The position numbers were made by a program, and so were the translations under genes. Under the pieces are notes generated by a model that saw only the letters and a list, made by a program, of their open reading frames with translations, made no database searches and was not told the origin of the DNA. Positions 15,259 through 21,975 of a stretch of 50,055 nucleotides of DNA are shown here, piece by piece (the first letter of the stretch is position 1; the number at the start of each line of letters is the position of its first letter). Source of the stretch: Candidatus Nanoarchaeia archaeon (GTDB lineage Archaea; Nanobdellota; Nanobdellia; Woesearchaeales; ARS49). The DNA lies in contig DATDPK010000032.1 of NCBI GenBank assembly GCA_035292785.1, positions 1 to 50,055 on the forward strand, given 5' to 3'.

Positions 15259-15508
15259 TTTATTTCTCCGAACCTATTTCGATGGTTCTATCGGACAGAA
15301 AGATAGTACCAGCGAAACTCGTTCAGAAAGAACAAGATTCTACATTCGGGATTAACCCGCTACCTTTCTATCTCTTAAGTAGTTACTAACTTTCAAGGCT
15401 TTATAAGGTTTTCGGTTTCAATAGCGAATTTGATATTGTTCTATATGGAAAATAATTCAAGAAAGTCTTATAAACCTACAATATATAGCAGTAACAAAGA
15501 GGTGAATA

Positions 15509-15922
15509 ATGCCGCGCAATGTAACTTCTAAGGTTGGCAATCTTGACAAGCTCTTACACTGGGCGCAGCACGTTGCCAGAGCAAGCAAAAAATGCATGGT
15601 CGTAGCACAGCACAAAAGAGACAGGGATGTTCTCAAAGCACTCGGCTGCAAAAACGTAGTCTATCCAAAAGAGCCGGAATCTGATTTCATACAATCTCTT
15701 GTTGACAAGGAAAAAGAATGCATCCTGTTATTTAACGGCGACAGGCCAAGCAACTCAAAATGCGAAAAACTAAGGGCAAAATTACAACAACAAGGCGTTA
15801 AAGTAAACACACGCTTCAGGAAGATTATATTTACTCAGTCAGAAAAAACATTCTCAGGACTTCTAAAGCACCTGCACAAAATAGCAGGCGGAGAAAGAGT
15901 ACATTCAGGACTGCCTGTTTAG
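15509..15922 (+). CDS. Hypothetical protein with a Toprim-like layout whose catalytic acidic residues are substituted
   Basis: CMVVAQHKRDRDVLKALGC...ECILLFNGDRPSNSKCEKLRAKLQQQGVKVN parallels small archaeal Toprim proteins (VEGxxD ... DxDxxG). Here the E is replaced by Q and DxD by NGD. GAGGTGA Shine-Dalgarno site present. Confidence 0.35.
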   Translation: MPRNVTSKVGNLDKLLHWAQHVARASKKCMVVAQHKRDRDVLKALGCKNVVYPKEPESDFIQSLVDKEKECILLFNGDRPSNSKCEKLRAKLQQQGVKVNTRFRKIIFTQSEKTFSGLLKHLHKIAGGERVHSGLPV

Positions 15923-16043
15923 ATAGTTCAAGAGAGCCTGAAATATTAGGATTTTAAGACTGTGGGAAAAGGCAGGGGTTCTTGGACCGTGCAGAGTGAT
16001 AAATGCAAAAAGATTATATACAATAAAAGAATAATTCTTAAAA

Positions 16044-16295
16044 ATGAAAAAAGCAGGTGAAAAATTAGTTCTAGGCATAGTTGCAGTGGTTTTTCTTGTC
16101 GCATTAGTCTTCTTGTTGAACTTTGAGAAAGCATCAATAAATGCCCAAATAACAGAAGATTGTACAAAAATATCCAAAACCCTGGAAGGAGAAACCATAG
16201 AACTAAAACTGCTCGAAAGAGAACTAGTTAAAAAAGAAAAGGAAATGGAGGAGTTTGTAAGGCAAAATGCACCATACGCACCATTTCTCAAATAG
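16044..16295 (+). CDS. N-terminally anchored coiled-coil protein (hypothetical)
   Basis: 83 aa with a TM helix (LVLGIVAVVFLVALVFLL) followed by a K/E-rich helix. A TATA-like element lies about 28 nt upstream. Confidence 0.45.
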   Translation: MKKAGEKLVLGIVAVVFLVALVFLLNFEKASINAQITEDCTKISKTLEGETIELKLLERELVKKEKEMEEFVRQNAPYAPFLK

Positions 16296-17529
16296 ACTGG
16301 CAATAACGGCAATGATTGCAATCTTGCTACTTCCGACAGCCGTGAGTGGAGAGCAACCAGCGTGGACTGGACTAGGCGTGCATGGAGATCGAGGCGAGGT
16401 CTTTGGCGGAGATGATCGCAACCTGGACAATTGGCCTAAAGGGGCAAAGGAAATGTGCGAAGGAGCATTAGCGCGAGTGTTAAAACAATGCGCCGAGGCA
16501 GAGTTTGAAAACTGGTATGTTAGAAGAGCGATAAGTGGGGAAGGCAGTTATAACGGCAAATCGCTTGACTTCGATGGTGAAGACATTATCTTTGGACCAT
16601 CAAAATGCCCGCCGACTGAGGACGTGACTCCTGCAGGCGTTACCGCAAGAAAAATCATTTCTGAATTCATTCGCTACACAAAAATCTCCACTGGCGGAGA
16701 AGGACTCAGTGATGACGCTGAAATAAGATGCAAATTTGCCTGCTTTAAATGGGAATGCCCGGAAGACTACAACCCAAACAAAATATGTGAAGCGCGAATA
16801 GTAGGCGACTTTGAAATTCGGCAAGCAGGAGGCGTAACTCAAGCAATTGATGAACAAATAGCAAAGGGAAAAAGATTCGCCCGAGAAAGCTGCGAAGCTC
16901 TCGGAGAAAATTGCAAAATCAAAAAGTGCGAAATAAAACCAATAATGGTGGATGAAACTCAGGTATTACGAGTATGCTGTGACTGCACTTGTCCAAACAC
17001 GTGGTTTGAAGAAACATTTGAGTGGGACTATTGGTTAGAGGAATACTTTGAAGAGCAGAAAGAAAAACAAGAAACTGCTGAAGGACTAATACAACGCGTA
17101 AGAGATCACTTCTCAAGGCTAAAACAGGAACGCGAAAATTTGAGGCGCGTGTATGAACAACAAAAAGAACTTGTTGAAGTACTGCGAGAGAAAAATAAGC
17201 AATGCCGAGGCATGGTAGAAATCCCTCCACCAACAATTGAAAAACCCGCAGTGCAAATTACCACGCCAACAGCGCCGTCTGCAGTCACCTGTAATATTCC
17301 TATGTTTATGGCTTGCGCGGATGAATTTAATCCGCAGGAATGCGTTAACGCATGTCCGTACGTGCAAATAGAATGTCCCGCAGGAACTCCGCAAACGGAA
17401 TGCAAAGAAATAGACAAAGAATGCTCAAATCAATGTCTGGTTAAGATGGATTCACACATAAGTAATTGCCTTAAATCAAGCCACTGCACTAAAGAAGAAA
17501 TCATTGCTGGCGGCGGCGCACCTAGATAA
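16267..17529 (+). CDS. Secreted cysteine-rich protein with a central coiled coil (hypothetical)
   Basis: Signal peptide ..AITAMIAILLLPTAVSG|EQ. More than 30 Cys arranged in CxxC, CC and CxC clusters flank an E/K/Q-rich helix. No homolog recognised. Confidence 0.6.
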   Translation: MHHTHHFSNRLAITAMIAILLLPTAVSGEQPAWTGLGVHGDRGEVFGGDDRNLDNWPKGAKEMCEGALARVLKQCAEAEFENWYVRRAISGEGSYNGKSLDFDGEDIIFGPSKCPPTEDVTPAGVTARKIISEFIRYTKISTGGEGLSDDAEIRCKFACFKWECPEDYNPNKICEARIVGDFEIRQAGGVTQAIDEQIAKGKRFARESCEALGENCKIKKCEIKPIMVDETQVLRVCCDCTCPNTWFEETFEWDYWLEEYFEEQKEKQETAEGLIQRVRDHFSRLKQERENLRRVYEQQKELVEVLREKNKQCRGMVEIPPPTIEKPAVQITTPTAPSAVTCNIPMFMACADEFNPQECVNACPYVQIECPAGTPQTECKEIDKECSNQCLVKMDSHISNCLKSSHCTKEEIIAGGGAPR

Positions 17530-17629
17530 ACAAGAGATCGATTCTGCAGCTTACATCTGCTAAAAACCATCCCCTTCTTATTCAGTTATTTCGGATATTT
17601 ATTTAAATACAGGATTAATCATTATTTTT

Positions 17630-18145
17630 ATGGAACCAAACTTACTCGTCTCATATGACTCAAGAGGAGGATATTTTGCAGGCAAGAATGAAATACAAAA
17701 CATTCTAACAAAATTAGGAGACCAGAAAGCAGACCAACAACTCTTGGTGCCGGGCATCATAGGAGTTTCTACATCATTAAAAGCACGCAATGTAATAGAA
17801 GAAGTGCGCGAAATGGCAGCAGCAGACCCAAGGTCATTCAATTTCACTCTAAAATGGGCGCCGGCAGACTATTGGTGCGATGCAACAATTGACAAAATAA
17901 AAGAAGTTGTAAAAGAAGAAATAAAAGACTTAATCGTGCCAGACGACAATTACGCAATAGATGTGGTAAAACACAGAAGCGAATTACACAAAGAACAAAT
18001 CATAGAAGCAATAGCGCCAATGCTAAAAGGCAAAGTTAATCTTGATTATCCGCAAAAAATATTACGAATAGAACTATTTGACAAAAGAGCGACAGTAACC
18101 CTGCTGAAGCCAAAAGACATTTTTTCTGTAGTAAAAGGGGAATAA
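17630..18145 (+). CDS. THUMP-domain RNA-binding protein (COG1818-like)
   Basis: 171 aa. Its length and the pattern ...FNFTLKWAPADYWC....YAIDVVKHRS...VNLDYPQKILRIELFDKRATVTLL fit stand-alone archaeal THUMP proteins as I recall them. Confidence 0.55.
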   Translation: MEPNLLVSYDSRGGYFAGKNEIQNILTKLGDQKADQQLLVPGIIGVSTSLKARNVIEEVREMAAADPRSFNFTLKWAPADYWCDATIDKIKEVVKEEIKDLIVPDDNYAIDVVKHRSELHKEQIIEAIAPMLKGKVNLDYPQKILRIELFDKRATVTLLKPKDIFSVVKGE

Positions 18146-18155
18146 GTTTAAATAT
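18146..18155 (+). promoter_or_regulatory. TATA box for tRNA-Leu
   Basis: GTTTAAATAT is centred about 29 nt upstream of the tRNA 5' end at 18180. Confidence 0.55.
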
Positions 18156-18179
18156 CGTCCGGAAGGATTAATTTCTTGC

Positions 18180-18263
18180 GCGGCGGTTCCAGAGCGGTCT
18201 AATGGGCAAGCTTCAGGAGCTTGTGGCTTAGTGCCTTCGCAGGTTCGAATCCTGTCCGCCGCA
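18180..18263 (+). tRNA. tRNA-Leu (anticodon CAG), class II, no encoded CCA
   Basis: Folded by hand. Acceptor GCGGCGG/CCGCCGC, U8, 3-bp D stem CCA/TGG with GG in the loop. Anticodon arm CAAGC-TTCAGGA-GCTTG. 15-nt variable arm T-GGC-TTAGT-GCC-TTC. T arm GCAGG-TTCGAAT-CCTGT. Discriminator A73. Confidence 0.9.
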
Positions 18264-18286
18264 TAACCCTCTGAAAAGGCAGGGAT

Positions 18287-18973
18287 TCATGAAGGGTTCT
18301 TTTTAAAGACGACTTCCCACTGGGCCCAATTACCTTTCTTCGGCGGTTCGCGTGGAATAATTTGCTGAATTGGTTCCACAATGAGAGAGAAATCATTTCG
18401 TGTCATGCTCAAGAGCTCATCACGCGAATAGAAGTGTATGGGAAGGTCACGCTTCGGTCCTTCAAGATACTGAATGGTAAAACCACCGAGATCATTTCTT
18501 TCGAGAATGTTGTGTTGAAACTTTATTTGAGTGGATATTGAGTTGACGCGAAGGAAAAAAAGGCCTTGTGGTTTCAATAAAGAAGCGGCCTTTGTAAAAT
18601 ATTGCTCAATATCTTTCTGACCGCCGTGCTGGAATACTTGAATTGCAATTAAATAATCAAAAAGACTGTCTGCATCAAAAGATCGGAAATCTTCACAAAA
18701 TAGTTTATTCCCAAAAGAGGGTTCCTGCTCTGAAAGTTGTTTAAGCGCTATCTTTGATGCGTCCAATCCATAAAGATTTAATCCTGTGCGAATAAGAGGC
18801 AAATAATTACGACCATTGCCACACCCAACATATAATCCACGCCCGTTTTTGATCTCTGGAAACCGTTCCAGTGTTGAGAGTATCGTATTGACAAAATTAA
18901 CTGGCGGCTCATGAGCATATTTACCGGTTTCATACTCCGCGTCCCATCGCTGAGAAAGTAGCTTATCACTCAT
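18287..18973 (-). CDS. Class I SAM-dependent methyltransferase
   Basis: Motif I GRGLYVGCGNGRNYLPL and the post-I LYGLDAS motif. The ATG at 18973 (MSDKLLSQRW) lies about 28 nt downstream of GTTTATTTAT; the ORF-track ATG at 18997 sits inside that TATA-like element. Confidence 0.8.
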   Translation of the reverse strand: MSDKLLSQRWDAEYETGKYAHEPPVNFVNTILSTLERFPEIKNGRGLYVGCGNGRNYLPLIRTGLNLYGLDASKIALKQLSEQEPSFGNKLFCEDFRSFDADSLFDYLIAIQVFQHGGQKDIEQYFTKAASLLKPQGLFFLRVNSISTQIKFQHNILERNDLGGFTIQYLEGPKRDLPIHFYSRDELLSMTRNDFSLIVEPIQQIIPREPPKKGNWAQWEVVFKKNPS

Positions 18974-19082
18974 TTTAGTCCATTGGATTAATGGCATAAA
19001 TAAACATTACGAATTACGTCACATTTCTGGATAGTCTTGATAAAGCACGATTTGAATAATCATTCAATGCCTTAAAATAGCG

Positions 19083-19195
19083 CGCCGGGGCGGGGAGATT
19101 CAACCCCCGGTTTTACCGAAAAGTATTTGAACCCCGAAGTCCTTTTGGACACTAAGGTTTCAACTTAGCGGTCTACCGTGTTGACCGACCCCGGC
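19083..19195 (-). tRNA. Non-canonical tRNA gene with anticodon GAA (Phe), a 29-nt BHB intron in the T-loop and a 15-nt variable arm
   Basis: Folded by hand. GCCGGGG-TC-GGTC-AACACGGTA-GACC-G-CTAAG-TTGAAAC-CTTAG-TGTCCAAAAGGACTT-CGGGG-TTCAAA[intron]T-CCCCG-CCCCGGC-G. U8, A14, G18G19, A21, U33 and the TTCAAAT loop are all in place. See findings for the anomalies. Confidence 0.6.
19097..19125 (-). other. Predicted archaeal BHB intron within the T-loop (about position 59/60)
   Basis: The T-stem is followed by a 3-nt bulge (TCT) on the 3' strand. Next comes a 4-bp helix between exon TTCA and intron TGAA, then a 3-nt bulge (AAT) on the 5' strand. An outer helix AC../..GT closes the motif. Removing the intron restores a 7-nt TTCAAAT loop. 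Confidence 0.5.
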
Positions 19196-19218
19196 GCATT
19201 TTTATTTCTATTTTTTGC

Positions 19219-19228
19219 CTTTATATGC
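19219..19228 (-). promoter_or_regulatory. TATA box for the GAA tRNA gene
   Basis: The minus strand reads GCATATAAAGG, centred about 28 nt upstream of the tRNA 5' end at 19195. Confidence 0.5.
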
Positions 19229-19284
19229 GTTTACAAGAAAAAACCGGATAGTTTCACATCTTAGACCTAAAATTATCCGAAAAA

Positions 19285-19758
19285 TCAATAAGAATCCGGA
19301 ATTTCTGCATTCTGCAAAGAACGCCTTCGCCTTAATGCAGGCGTAATCATATCAAAAATCAAGTAATCCAATGCGTGAATTCCAAGCCCACCAAGAAGAT
19401 ACTTGTCACCTATGTCAAAACCTTCGAGCTGACTTTCAGGAAGCAATGTTTTAACTGCAATAGCACCTGTGAATTGGACAATTGGCGTGATCCGTGCAAG
19501 CACAAAACGCAGGCAATGAATACCCCGCCGATAATGTGCTGAAAGTTGATTTCTCCAAATCCTCTCATCTATTTCAGGAATGCCACTAATCTGCGTCAGA
19601 AGTTCTTCACGAGGAATGGGCGGTTCAGGCATAGTTCTATACAAATCATACCCGCTTAGTCTTTCCACTGACCCGCGAACAATATCAGAAAGCCCCATAT
19701 GGAACGGTAAGTGTTCAAAACTTATTAATCTTTGCCAGCAAACCTTTAAATACACCAT
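19285..19758 (-). CDS. Hypothetical protein (start uncertain: 19758 or the internal ATG at 19698)
   Basis: 157-aa ORF with no recognisable motif. AT-rich TATA-like elements lie inside its first 60 nt. Confidence 0.4.
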   Translation of the reverse strand: MVYLKVCWQRLISFEHLPFHMGLSDIVRGSVERLSGYDLYRTMPEPPIPREELLTQISGIPEIDERIWRNQLSAHYRRGIHCLRFVLARITPIVQFTGAIAVKTLLPESQLEGFDIGDKYLLGGLGIHALDYLIFDMITPALRRRRSLQNAEIPDSY

Positions 19759-19789
19759 TTTCTTTTACAGAATAAAAAGAGCGTGAACA

Positions 19790-20239
19790 ATGGAAGACGT
19801 GTATATCTTTTTTGCAATAATAAGCGTAATAGGAGTGACAGCTCTTTTCCTTGCAGACGCTTCCCTTTCAGGCAATTTCGGAATGCCATCAAGCGTAATG
19901 CCACACGTAAGCGGCTATCAATACACTGCACCTACCGGCGGACGGCCCTCAACACAAATGCCAAGAACAATGGGCAGCCAAGGACCAATAGGAATGCACC
20001 CGGAAATATGCACAAACGGAATAGATGATGATGCTGACAGACTAATCGACTGCAATGACGTGGAATGCAGGACAGACGCATCGTGCAGCGGTGGATGCAG
20101 GGTGGACCAGTACACACTCAAGAAACCAGGCGCATTAATGTGCAGAAGCGGAAATAGAGTAAAATGCGTAGGAAATACGTGGCAGGCATTGCCGTGCCAA
20201 ACAAATCAAGCCTGCTATGGAAATGGAAATTGCAGATGA
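19790..20239 (+). CDS. Secreted Cys-rich protein
   Basis: N-terminal hydrophobic segment. CTNGIDDDADRLIDCNDVECRTDASC resembles the C.DG.D.D.DG..DC.D..C metal-binding-type repeat. 10 or more Cys in the C-terminal half. Confidence 0.55.
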   Translation: MEDVYIFFAIISVIGVTALFLADASLSGNFGMPSSVMPHVSGYQYTAPTGGRPSTQMPRTMGSQGPIGMHPEICTNGIDDDADRLIDCNDVECRTDASCSGGCRVDQYTLKKPGALMCRSGNRVKCVGNTWQALPCQTNQACYGNGNCR

Positions 20240-20248
20240 GGTGAAAAA

Positions 20249-20644
20249 ATGGAAAACAGATATGCTTTAATCGGAATTTTGGTGATAATGCTTATCGGCG
20301 TAGGCGCAGTTGTTCATTTGAATACTGCAACAGGAGCAATATCCACTTCTTCATATGGCTCTTACGGCTATACCAGCAAGATTTATGGAGGCGCCATTGA
20401 AAAAGCATTCAGGGAAAACCCAAAGGCAATCAGCGATGGCTATGCCAAATCGCAGTTTGTCCTCAAAAACCAGCAATACTTGTACGCAAACAAGGACAAA
20501 TGGGACTGCAGCTACGGCAAAGAAGCAGAAAGCAGCCCATACCCATGCGTGTTTGATGATAGCGTTGGAAAATACTGCTGCATAATACCTAGCAAAGCCT
20601 TGTCTCTCTCAAACCCAACTCGATCGCTGTCTGGATCTTCGTAA
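20249..20644 (+). CDS. Secreted/anchored hypothetical protein
   Basis: GAGGTGA Shine-Dalgarno site 4 nt upstream. N-terminal TM/signal sequence (YALIGILVIMLIGVGAVV). Its 3' end overlaps the convergent nuclease gene by 56 nt. Confidence 0.5.
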   Translation: MENRYALIGILVIMLIGVGAVVHLNTATGAISTSSYGSYGYTSKIYGGAIEKAFRENPKAISDGYAKSQFVLKNQQYLYANKDKWDCSYGKEAESSPYPCVFDDSVGKYCCIIPSKALSLSNPTRSLSGSS

Positions 20645-21203
20645 AACAGCGTAAATTTTCTTTTTTAATTTTATTAACACTACTGCAATAGCAGCCGTAA
20701 AAAACATCGCCCTCATCACTTGCAACAGCAATAGCGCCCTTAGGACAACCAAACTCAACACACCTGGCACCAAACCTCTTATACTGCGTCTCATCAACAT
20801 TCCATATTCCCTTACTGGCATCCTGCGCCTCTTTCTGAGCTTTCCTAAACAATTCAACATAACGCAAGTCAGGAGGATAGTAAGTAGCACGAGCCCAGCC
20901 ATCCTCTACTAATCTCAAATTCACAAAAACATCTTCAGCGTAAATATACCTCAATAATCTCCCATAAATATCCCTGTCTGTAACATCAGGTTCAAAACTC
21001 AAATTCCTCCCCTGCAAAAGCCTCTGAAGCTCATAAGAAGCCCTGTCATAATTAGCATCGCCCATCTCAGGAGTATCAATGCCAAGCAATCTCACAACCT
21101 CTCCGTTATTCAGGACAAAAGTATCGCCGTCAACAACATAACGCAAACCATTCGGGTCATAAGCACAAGAAACCAGCAAAAGCAAAAGCACTGCTTTTTT
21201 CAT
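20589..21203 (-). CDS. Thermonuclease (staphylococcal nuclease, SNase family) with a lipobox signal and a C-terminal Ada-like Cys4 zinc module
   Basis: MKKAVLLLLLVSC lipobox. VVDGDTFVL..GEVVRLLGIDTPE, GRLLRYIY and LRLVEDGWA are SNase motifs. The C-terminus is VFYGCYCSSVNKIKKENLRCFTKIQTAIELGLRETRLC. Confidence 0.85.
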   Translation of the reverse strand: MKKAVLLLLLVSCAYDPNGLRYVVDGDTFVLNNGEVVRLLGIDTPEMGDANYDRASYELQRLLQGRNLSFEPDVTDRDIYGRLLRYIYAEDVFVNLRLVEDGWARATYYPPDLRYVELFRKAQKEAQDASKGIWNVDETQYKRFGARCVEFGCPKGAIAVASDEGDVFYGCYCSSVNKIKKENLRCFTKIQTAIELGLRETRLC

Positions 21204-21224
21204 AAGTTATACAAATAAAGAAAC

Positions 21225-21237
21225 ATATTTAAATTAT
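21225..21237. promoter_or_regulatory. Shared AT-rich TATA element for two divergent genes
   Basis: ATATTTAAATTAT lies 28 nt from the ATG at 21203 (minus) and 25 nt from the ATG at 21256 (plus). The intergenic spacer is only 52 bp. Confidence 0.45.
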
Positions 21238-21255
21238 TGCCAAATAAACAATTCT

Positions 21256-21975
21256 ATGAAATGGTGGCTATTGCTCCTATTGATAACAACTGCAAGCGCT
21301 TACACGATTTCTGACTATCCAACCTTCTTTGTTGAAAACGGAAAATTCCAGGCAATTTACGTTGTTGGAGAAGAATCACCCTCCTTAGACGTAGTTTCAG
21401 CAACAGTCATCTCCACAGCCCTTGCAAAATATCCAAACGTAACAACTGACATAGGAACAGCAAGACTTGACATAGAAATAGCAGATATCACCAAAAAAGA
21501 CGCAATAGTGATAGGAAGCCCGTGCGAGAACAAGGCAGCAGCACAGCTCGAAGGCAACCCAGAACCGTGCTACAAAGACTTAGGAGGCAGCGCAGGTTAC
21601 ATCAAGCTGTTTGAAAAAGGAGGAAATGTGCAACTGCTGATAACAGGATTTACAGCAGAAGACAGGCACGCGGCAGCAAAGTTTTTAGCAGAAAGAGCAA
21701 CAAACATACACCTGTCATCATATATAATTCCTACAAATACGGGCTCAACACCGCCATTCTTTGAACAAAAAAACAAGACAGCGCAGAATACAACAACTGC
21801 TCAGAATGCGACAATTGAAACAAAAGAAACGCCTGTGGAAAACACTCAGCTCGAAGCAAAAGCAGAATTAACAGTCACAAAACAAGTTGGCGAATACGAA
21901 CCATTGCGAGAACTTCCGAAGAAAAAAGGATTTTTTGAACGATTCTGGAACTGGCTGACGAGCTTTTTCACTTAA
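21256..21975 (+). CDS. Secreted protein with an S-layer-type N-terminal domain (putative) and a GFFxRxWxW C-terminal motif
   Basis: Signal peptide ..ITTASA|YT. DYPTFFVENGKF..YVVGE, IVIGSPCENKAAAQL and ITGFTAEDRHAAAKFL resemble archaeal S-layer N-domains (DYPxPF..VVG..GGPCxN..DT..A) as I recall them. A T/N/Q-rich linker follows. Confidence 0.55.
   Translation: MKWWLLLLLITTASAYTISDYPTFFVENGKFQAIYVVGEESPSLDVVSATVISTALAKYPNVTTDIGTARLDIEIADITKKDAIVIGSPCENKAAAQLEGNPEPCYKDLGGSAGYIKLFEKGGNVQLLITGFTAEDRHAAAKFLAERATNIHLSSYIIPTNTGSTPPFFEQKNKTAQNTTTAQNATIETKETPVENTQLEAKAELTVTKQVGEYEPLRELPKKKGFFERFWNWLTSFFT

Noticed and set aside
16267-16295. The 29-nt overlap between 16044..16295 and 16267..17529 as a sign of a frameshifted pseudogene.
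   Set aside because: The two products have different architectures (TM anchor plus helix versus signal peptide plus Cys-rich protein), and each has its own plausible start. There is no evidence of a disrupted single ORF.
19083-19195. A plus-strand reading of the same locus (loop GTTTCAA, anticodon TTC, Glu).
   Set aside because: On the plus strand the arm order is wrong: the T-like arm comes first, and there is no GG D-loop or TTC T-loop in the correct positions.
19081-19198. A selenocysteine-tRNA interpretation of the odd tRNA (9-10 bp acceptor complementarity plus a long variable arm).
   Set aside because: The anticodon is GAA, not UCA. The D-arm is a normal 4-bp stem with a 9-nt loop rather than the 6-7 bp stem with a 4-nt loop of tRNA-Sec. 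With a 9-bp acceptor the T-stem would still be 5 bp. The extra pairs are more simply leader-trailer complementarity.
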